From NCBI GenBank assembly GCA_038826135.1, contig JAWBON010000054.1, positions 1 to 7,760 on the forward strand: a DNA stretch of 7,760 nucleotides, in the 5' to 3' direction. The number at the start of each line of letters is the position of its first letter. Within the stretch, counting starts at the first letter, position 1. Below are positions 1 to 5,418 of the stretch, piece by piece. The translations under genes and the position numbers were made by a program. Source of the DNA: Candidatus Odinarchaeota archaeon. GTDB lineage: Archaea; Asgardarchaeota; Odinarchaeia; Odinarchaeales; Odinarchaeaceae. The notes below the pieces were generated by a model. The model had not been told where the DNA came from. It ran no database searches and saw only the letters and a list, made by a program, of their open reading frames with translations.

Positions 1-234
1 GCTAAACTACTGGAAGGGAAAGGCCGTGAAGTGAAACCTGGCGGTATCATAACTTTCGTTAAAACCAAGGATGAGCTGGGAGTTAAACCACTAGCAATCG
101 CCAGTTTAAACGATATAGATACTGAAAAATACAAGGAAGCTATCGAATCAACATTCGAGCAGGTGCTTGACTCTCTTAACATTGATTTTAAAGAGGTTAT
201 GGGTATTAGAAAACTATCTGATTTCTTCGGTTGA
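1..234 (+). CDS. polB: Family B DNA polymerase, C-terminal end (5'-truncated by the window), PolB1-like
   Basis: Frame 1 is open from base 1 (AKLLEGKGREVKPGGIITFVKTK...GVKP...IDTEKYKEAIESTFEQVLDSLNIDF...LSDFFG*, TGA 232-234). This matches the archaeal PolB1 C-terminal pattern (pGdiIsfVKTk..GVKP....iD.eKY....stfeQ.ld.l). The GTG at 31 in the ORF track is internal. Confidence 0.85.
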   Translation, partial: AKLLEGKGREVKPGGIITFVKTKDELGVKPLAIASLNDIDTEKYKEAIESTFEQVLDSLNIDFKEVMGIRKLSDFFG

Positions 235-270
235 AAACAGTTTGCAGCGGTTATTCCATCAAAATTTAAC

Positions 271-289
271 TTCGTAGTTAAACTACGAA
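271..289. promoter_or_regulatory. Perfect 19-bp palindrome (TTCGTAGTT-A-AACTACGAA), candidate operator
   Basis: 9-bp arms with a 1-nt spacer, read directly. Lies in the polB-trmB intergenic region just upstream of a BRE/TATA-like element. Confidence 0.55.
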
Positions 290-295
290 AATTAT

Positions 296-311
296 AGAAA
301 GATTTTTAATA
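296..311 (+). promoter_or_regulatory. Putative archaeal BRE/TATA promoter of the trmB-GTPase unit
   Basis: AGAAAG followed by ATTTTTAATA. A GGAG Shine-Dalgarno-like motif at 344-347 lies 7 nt before the ATG at 355. Confidence 0.5.
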
Positions 312-354
312 TTTAAATAACATATTAAGTTAATAAATAAACAGGAGTCCTTAT

Positions 355-1182
355 ATGCCGCTTCACGGAACTGCTAATAATATAGTTAAAAAACTAGTAG
401 AACTGGGTTTCACAGCGTATGAAGCTAAAGTATACTTAGTTCTCTCCACAGAAGGTTCACTCAACCCTACAGAGATAGCTGATAAATCCGGTGTTCCTAG
501 ACCAAACGTGTACCGTGTTCTGGAAAAACTGGAAGCTGAAGGATACGCTAGGCGGGAAGCTGTTCCAAGAGGTGCAAGATACTTAGCAGTAAGCCCTGAA
601 GAGGTGGCTGAGAAAATAGAGCAGCGACTTAAAGATAAAGAAATAGCGGTTAAAGAGCTAAAAACACTCATCACAGAGATTAAGCCAGCTGAAATAGTAA
701 GCGCTAGCGAAACAATGTGGCTTGTCAACGGTGTTGAAGAAATAAAAAAGCTAGTAGAAAAATCAATAGTTAAATCAGAAAGAGAGCTGATAATCCTATC
801 TCCACCTCTATTCGGACAGGAAACAGTTGAAGAGAAAAAAATCTTTTTAGAAAAACTGATTAAGAGAGTGAACATGGGCTTGAATTTAATAATAGGGTGG
901 CCTATAAACAGAGATGATATCCATATAGCTAAGGAACTTATGAATAAAGCCACCGTCTATCATTGGAGCCTCGGCGAGGTCCCGATGGGGATATACTGCT
1001 CTGACGGTAAGGAGTGTTTAATAACTTTTATAGGTAAGTGGGCTCCTTTAATAAGCTATGATTTAGGACTTTGGATAAGAAACCCTATATATGTGAAACC
1101 CATAGAGTATTTAGCCAGTAAATTATTAACGATCACAAAACCTGCTGAGGAGCGAATAAATGAACTAATGGGGGAACAATAA
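355..1182 (+). CDS. TrmB-family transcriptional regulator (N-terminal winged HTH plus C-terminal effector-binding-type domain)
   Basis: LVELGFTAYEAKVYLVL...EIADKSGVPRPNVYRVLEKLEAEGY is the TrmB HTH signature. It is followed by a coiled linker and WLVNGVEEIKKLVEKSIVKSERELIILSP, typical of the start of the TrmB C-terminal domain. Confidence 0.88.
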   Translation: MPLHGTANNIVKKLVELGFTAYEAKVYLVLSTEGSLNPTEIADKSGVPRPNVYRVLEKLEAEGYARREAVPRGARYLAVSPEEVAEKIEQRLKDKEIAVKELKTLITEIKPAEIVSASETMWLVNGVEEIKKLVEKSIVKSERELIILSPPLFGQETVEEKKIFLEKLIKRVNMGLNLIIGWPINRDDIHIAKELMNKATVYHWSLGEVPMGIYCSDGKECLITFIGKWAPLISYDLGLWIRNPIYVKPIEYLASKLLTITKPAEERINELMGEQ

Positions 1183-1183
1183 T

Positions 1184-1705
1184 TTGAGTAAAAAATACGT
1201 GTTTAAACTGGTAGTTTTAGGAGATGAAAGAGTAGGGAAAACATCCCTAATATTCAGGTACACTGAGAGAAGATTCCTAGGCGACTATAAACCTACAATC
1301 GGAATTGATTTCTCAGCTAAACTTGTAGAGGTAGGTAAATATAATGTTGACCTCATTATCTGGGACCTAGGTGGACAGGAGAAATACCGGATTTTAAGAA
1401 AACACTATCTGGAAGGCGCTAGAGGCGCCATTCTAGTATTCGACCTAACAAACAGGCAGTCATTTGAGCACCTGAACAGCTGGTACAATGACCTACAACA
1501 AAACTGCAGCGGGGTACCATCCATCCTCGTCGGTAATAAAGCAGATTTAACAGCTGATCGAAAAGTATCACCTGAAGAGGGTAGGAGAAAAGCAGAGGAG
1601 CTTGGAATAAAATACGTAGAGTGCTCAGCCAAGGATGGAACAGACGTTGACGACGCTTTCAAAAACATCACTCAGCAGATGATAGATAAATACGTAACAG
1701 GCTGA
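1184..1705 (+). CDS. Rab/Ras-like small GTPase (eukaryotic-signature-type), TTG start
   Basis: G1 GDERVGKT, G2/RabF1-like YKPTIGIDF, G3 WDLGGQE, G4 NKAD and G5 CSAK are all present. No C-terminal Cys prenylation motif. TTG lies 1 nt after the trmB TAA, with GGGGGA at 1170-1175 upstream. Confidence 0.93.
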   Translation: MSKKYVFKLVVLGDERVGKTSLIFRYTERRFLGDYKPTIGIDFSAKLVEVGKYNVDLIIWDLGGQEKYRILRKHYLEGARGAILVFDLTNRQSFEHLNSWYNDLQQNCSGVPSILVGNKADLTADRKVSPEEGRRKAEELGIKYVECSAKDGTDVDDAFKNITQQMIDKYVTG

Positions 1706-1716
1706 CTTAAAAATAT

Positions 1717-1872
1717 TCAACGATTAACAGGAAACTCATGCCCGCACTGAGGGCATTTACAATAGCCGCAGTCACCTAAAGATCTACTAGGACATGCACC
1801 GCAAGCAAACACCCTAGCATACGATATATCAAACGAGAAACCGCAATTAGGGCATTTAACCAATCCAGCCAT
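1717..1872 (-). CDS. Unannotated 51-aa Cys-rich microprotein (four CxxC pairs; putative double Zn or Fe-S binder)
   Basis: Hand translation of the minus strand: MAGLVKCPNCGFSFDISYARVFACGACPSRSLGDCGYCKCPQCGHEFPVNR* (ATG 1872-1870, TGA 1719-1717). A GTGAT SD-like motif at 1884-1880 lies 7 nt upstream. An alternative in-frame ATG is at 1881. Absent from the ORF track. Confidence 0.85.
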   Translation of the reverse strand: MAGLVKCPNCGFSFDISYARVFACGACPSRSLGDCGYCKCPQCGHEFPVNR

Positions 1873-2095
1873 ACAAACCATCACACTTTAAGCAAAAAAT
1901 CATTTCGCACGTATCTTTTTAAATTTAACCCTTAGCTGTTAAAACCCATTTGGAAACATAGCTAAGCCCAAATAAGATAAAAAAAGACTAATTACCCAAA
2001 AAACCTGCTCCTGTAAAAAGGTAAAACCATAAATAGCCGCTGGGAAAAATAATCAATATAAACTGTGAATAAAACCCCTGGTAAGATGAATAATA

Positions 2096-2713
2096 ATGGA
2101 GATTAAAGGATACATTATTCTAAAAGGAAACATATACCCCGCCGCCGAAATACTGAAAGCCATCGCTAATAACCCACATATAAAAATTTCTTTAACTAGT
2201 AGCGGGGAGCTGGTAATCGACAACTACAAGATTAATAAGTTAAATGAACCTCTCCCAAATATAGTTAGAAACCTCCTCTGCTTCAAAGCATTATCCTACT
2301 GCTGTTCACTAGATAAACCCTGCTCTAACAGGGATCTAGCGCTAGAACTGCTAGGTATAAGTAAAAAAACATATAAAGAGCTTAAAGAAGAACTTGAGAG
2401 AAAAATCCTAGAAAACCTTCAGAACTCTAATATCAGCGAGGAGACCGTGCCCGTTAAAGACATATTTTATAGTAGAAGCGGTTCACGCGATAGTTTAGAG
2501 GACTGGGATTTCTCACCGCTATCTAAACCTGAAAACCCTTATGAAAGTATAAAGCCAGACAGGGAAAGAGTTGAAAAGGAAGCATCCAACTTCTTCTCAG
2601 CTTTAAGCGGAGAAATAACCGCTGAAAAACAAAAAGAAATGTACTGTAAAAGATGCGGGCGAAGTATCGACGCATTTACCAGATTCTGCCCTAACTGCGG
2701 CCTACCCGTATAA
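2096..2713 (+). CDS. Hypothetical metal-binding protein: central CFxxLxYCCxxxKPC...RD motif (methanogenesis marker 9 / COG4008-like) plus C-terminal zinc ribbon
   Basis: Residues 62-105 read CFKALSYCCSLDKPCSNRDLALELLGISKKTYKELKEELERKIL. The C-terminus reads CKRCGRSIDAFTRFCPNCG (C184, C187, C198, C201). The ORF is clear; the family link is from recalled motif similarity. Confidence 0.7.
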   Translation: MEIKGYIILKGNIYPAAEILKAIANNPHIKISLTSSGELVIDNYKINKLNEPLPNIVRNLLCFKALSYCCSLDKPCSNRDLALELLGISKKTYKELKEELERKILENLQNSNISEETVPVKDIFYSRSGSRDSLEDWDFSPLSKPENPYESIKPDRERVEKEASNFFSALSGEITAEKQKEMYCKRCGRSIDAFTRFCPNCGLPV

Positions 2714-2736
2714 AACTTAAAATAATTTATTTAACT

Positions 2737-2867
2737 TAATTTTCAACATTGTTTTCTAGATTTAATTATATAATGCCACGGTAATGTTAACATCGCCTAG
2801 TATATCCTACTATTATAATTTATAGTGAAATAAGAGTTATTATTTGAATAAACAATGTTGAAAATTA
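2737..2867. repeat. Perfect 18-bp inverted repeat pair (2737-2754 and 2850-2867) in an AT-rich intergenic region
   Basis: TAATTTTCAACATTGTTT at 2737-2754 is the exact reverse complement of AAACAATGTTGAAAATTA at 2850-2867, with a 95-nt spacer. Each arm contains the internal palindrome AACAWTGTT. Confidence 0.8.
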
Positions 2868-2952
2868 TTATGAAGTTATAAATTATCTTAAATATTATTA
2901 GTGTTTAATATGTTCACTTAATATTCACTATAAACATTAAAGGGTTTGATGT

Positions 2953-3558
2953 ATGGATGCTATAAAGGAAAGAGATCCGTATAAGATTATTAAAGAGCTT
3001 CTTAACGGTAATCTGAGATATTTAGAGGGTCTTCGATTATGCGATGTGTCGGCTCTTCGACGGGCGAGTATATCGCATGAGCAGAATCCTATCGCAGCTG
3101 TTTTAGGTTGCAGTGATAGTCGAGTTCCGCCTGAACATATATTTGATAAAGGTCTTGGGGAGCTGTTTGTTATCAGGACAGCCGGTCACGTTGTAGGCGA
3201 ATTTGAGATAGGTAGTTTAGAATACGCGTGTAAGCATCTTAAAATCCCTCTTATACTGGTTTTAGGGCATACTGGATGTGGGGCGGTTAAAGCTGCTGTA
3301 AGCGGGGTTAAAGAGGAAGGTGGGTTAAACGCTGTTATAGATGGGATAAAACCTGCTGTTGTTAAAGCTTTAACTGGCGCTTCCCCCATGTCTCATGATG
3401 AATTAGTTAATAAAACTGTGCTCTATCATGTTAAGTTAACGGTGAGTAGAATTATGGATGAGTCTGAGATTATTAGAAAAACTGTTCAAGATGGCGGTGT
3501 AGCTGTAATGGGGGCGGTATACGATCTATACACTGGGAGGGTGAGCTTGCTAGATTAG
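2953..3558 (+). CDS. Beta-class carbonic anhydrase
   Basis: Zinc-ligand motifs GCSDSRV (CxDxR) and LGHTGCGAV (HxxC), plus IFDKGLGELFVIRTAG, GSLEYA and the C-terminal GAVYDLYTGRV. Confidence 0.95.
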   Translation: MDAIKERDPYKIIKELLNGNLRYLEGLRLCDVSALRRASISHEQNPIAAVLGCSDSRVPPEHIFDKGLGELFVIRTAGHVVGEFEIGSLEYACKHLKIPLILVLGHTGCGAVKAAVSGVKEEGGLNAVIDGIKPAVVKALTGASPMSHDELVNKTVLYHVKLTVSRIMDESEIIRKTVQDGGVAVMGAVYDLYTGRVSLLD

Positions 3559-4554
3559 TTATCTGCCCAGATGAGTTTCTCTAAGCTGATTATATCCACT
3601 AGGATATGCATTGTATGTGTATACTTCTTCAGCTGAGACTCTGCTGCTTATTGATTTGATTATATTCAACTCATCTTCACCGGTTATATTCCAGTAAAGC
3701 AGGGATGGTTTAACACCGTTACGCTTGAATGATTCAGCTCCCGTTATCGATGATATGAGTGTATTATACTCCATACTGTTAGCTTCAGGTAATACGGGAG
3801 TCCATGGGTGAATGTTAAATATTATCTTAGTTTCACGGCTTAACATTTCAATACTTTGACCGTACTCTAATTCAATATTACTAATATAATTGGTCGAAGG
3901 CTCCAGGTAAATCTCAGAGTAAACCTCAAGCTTATCGTTAACCTGTTTAACCCGCTCTGCAAGGGTTGTTATCATATTTGCTAGTTTATCAGTGCGCCAC
4001 ATTTTCCATTTAGATTGTAAGTCACTGTCCACATTTATTCTGTTAAAGTCGAATGATTGAGGGATCCCGGCTAAGTTACTGAACTCGGATTTACAGTGAT
4101 CGCAAAAACAATAATTCCTGTTTATAAAAGTGTTGCCTACTAGTATAACTCCTTTAACAGGGTGTTTAGCGATCTCTTTTAAAACCTCGCTAAGATAGTT
4201 AACAGTTATCTCAGATGGGCATATGTGTGTGGCGCTCTTCTCCCCGCCGGATTTCACACTAGAATATTTAGGATCTTCCGCAAGGTAAATGTCCAATAAC
4301 GTGTTGACAACAGCGTAGACGTCGAAAATATCTGATGAAATTTTAACAAATTCTTTTAGGAAATCTCCGTAAACAGGGTCTTTCGGAGCGGTTTTGCTGT
4401 CATAAAATACGCGTCCAGAAGGGGGTTTCACTAAAAGACCGATTTTTGAAAGATTCCCACCGTACTCGGCTATAAACTGGGATGGAGTCATTTTAACAGC
4501 TGAGGGGTCTAATATTAAATTTAAATCGTTTACTAGAAGCTCTCTTATCTCCAT
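3559..4554 (-). CDS. Glycoside-hydrolase-like (GHL10/DUF187- or GH42-like) TIM-barrel protein with CxCxxC motif; catalytic acids appear absent
   Basis: The protein reads on the MINUS strand: the reverse complement of 4569-4552 is TTG AAC GGT GAT CAC ATG, and the TAA stop is at 3561-3559. The likely start is the ATG at 4554, preceded by GGTGAT. Motifs: KPPSGRVFYDSK, HICPS...YLSEVLKEIAKHPVKGVIL, YCFCDHCKSEF and WKMWRTDKL. Confidence 0.65.
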   Translation of the reverse strand: MEIRELLVNDLNLILDPSAVKMTPSQFIAEYGGNLSKIGLLVKPPSGRVFYDSKTAPKDPVYGDFLKEFVKISSDIFDVYAVVNTLLDIYLAEDPKYSSVKSGGEKSATHICPSEITVNYLSEVLKEIAKHPVKGVILVGNTFINRNYCFCDHCKSEFSNLAGIPQSFDFNRINVDSDLQSKWKMWRTDKLANMITTLAERVKQVNDKLEVYSEIYLEPSTNYISNIELEYGQSIEMLSRETKIIFNIHPWTPVLPEANSMEYNTLISSITGAESFKRNGVKPSLLYWNITGEDELNIIKSISSRVSAEEVYTYNAYPSGYNQLRETHLGR

Positions 4555-4751
4555 GTGATCACCGTTCAACTCCTATAGTTAGCATATAAATATATTAGCA
4601 TATATTTATATTTATATCCTGAGATTTTAGTAAAATGTTTTAAACGGGGAGTCTACACTCTCCAGTTCTCTTACCTATCTTCATCTTTGAAATTTATTAA
4701 AACTGGATTATGCAGGATTAAAAAAGACGCTTCAGGTTTAAAATCAAAGCT

Positions 4752-4895
4752 TCAACGGCATATTATTTTCTTAACTATAGGCGGTCTCACTTTATATAAT
4801 ATACGGTAACCGCAATACGGGCATTTTATGCCAGGCATTGTTTTAAGATTTTCAATCGTAACCTCTTTCTTACAGCTTCCGCAAATGTAACTCAT
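4752..4895 (-). CDS. rpoP: DNA-directed RNA polymerase subunit P (Rpo12, homologue of eukaryotic Rpb12)
   Basis: Hand translation: MSYICGSCKKEVTIENLKTMPGIKCPYCGYRILYKVRPPIVKKIICR* (47 aa; ATG 4895-4893, TGA 4754-4752). YxCxxC...IKCPYCGYRILYKxRP is the Rpo12 signature. A TATA-like TTTTTATA sits at 4939-4932 on the minus strand. Absent from the ORF track. Confidence 0.95.
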   Translation of the reverse strand: MSYICGSCKKEVTIENLKTMPGIKCPYCGYRILYKVRPPIVKKIICR

Positions 4896-4963
4896 CTTAA
4901 TCCCTTCCCTAATTGAAAAGCATTTCTTTAATATAAAAATTACGTTTCTATTAAGCGTTAAAC

Positions 4964-4986
4964 AAAGTTTTCGAAAACTTTTATAT
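4964..4986. promoter_or_regulatory. Perfect 18-bp palindrome AAAGTTTTCGAAAACTTT (4964-4981) overlapping a BRE/TATA-like element (GAAAAC-TTTTATAT, 4973-4986)
   Basis: Read directly; lies between the divergent rpoP and aIF1 genes. Confidence 0.55.
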
Positions 4987-5031
4987 TATTAAACTAGGAG
5001 ACTGTTTTCTTTGAAGTAGTGGTTTACTAAG

Positions 5032-5044
5032 CAAAGTTTTATAT
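5032..5044 (+). promoter_or_regulatory. Putative proximal BRE/TATA promoter of aIF1 (CAAAG-TTTTATAT)
   Basis: Same TTTTATAT octamer as at 4979-4986, 58 bp further downstream and about 55-60 nt before the aIF1 ATG. Confidence 0.45.
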
Positions 5045-5097
5045 CTTAATTCTTCTAAATTCATGAATAAAGCGTAAATCATGAGGAAAAGATTCGA

Positions 5098-5409
5098 ATG
5101 GGTTTAGAGATTTGTGCAAAATGCGGTTTGCCTAAAGACTTGTGTGTTTGTGAGCAGATCGGGAAAGAGGAGCAGCGTATAAAGATACGCACAGAGAAGC
5201 GGAAGTGGGGGCGGGACGTCACCGTTATCAGCGGCCTTGATAAAAAAGAAGTTAACATAGATGATTTAACTAGTAAATTAAAGGCTAGCTGCGCGTGCGG
5301 TGGAACATATAAAAACGATCAGATAGAGTTGCAGGGGACTCATAAAGACAAGGTTAAGGATCTTTTGATATCATGGGGGTTCTCCGAGGATAAGATTGAT
5401 ATCAGATAG
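5098..5409 (+). CDS. sui1: Translation initiation factor aIF1 (SUI1 family)
   Basis: N-terminal CAKCGLPKDLCVC, then IKIRTEKRKWGRDVTVISG, LKASCACGGT and IELQGTHKDKV: the archaeal SUI1 pattern. Confidence 0.96.
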   Translation: MGLEICAKCGLPKDLCVCEQIGKEEQRIKIRTEKRKWGRDVTVISGLDKKEVNIDDLTSKLKASCACGGTYKNDQIELQGTHKDKVKDLLISWGFSEDKIDIR

Positions 5410-5418
5410 ATTTAATCA

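Noticed and set aside
31-234. 67-aa standalone small protein, as given in the track
   Set aside because: The frame is open from base 1 and matches a PolB C-terminus; the GTG at 31 is an internal Val.
363-953. 196-aa minus-strand ORF
   Set aside because: Antisense shadow of trmB; Ser/Phe/Leu-rich with no motifs, as expected from the reverse complement of an A-rich gene.
1405-1671. 88-aa minus-strand ORF
   Set aside because: Entirely antisense to the well-supported GTPase; no recognisable motif.
2714-2952. CRISPR array, tRNA or canonical ORB-containing origin in the spacer
   Set aside because: No regularly spaced direct repeats, no cloverleaf with D/T-loop consensus, and no ORB consensus with G-string are visible.
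3186-3389. 67-aa minus-strand ORF
   Set aside because: Shadow of the carbonic anhydrase.
4579-4611. ATATAAATATA/TATATTTATAT inverted repeat and TTAGCATATA direct repeat upstream of the barrel gene
   Set aside because: Almost pure A/T low-complexity sequence overlapping a probable TATA region; insufficient evidence for a distinct element.
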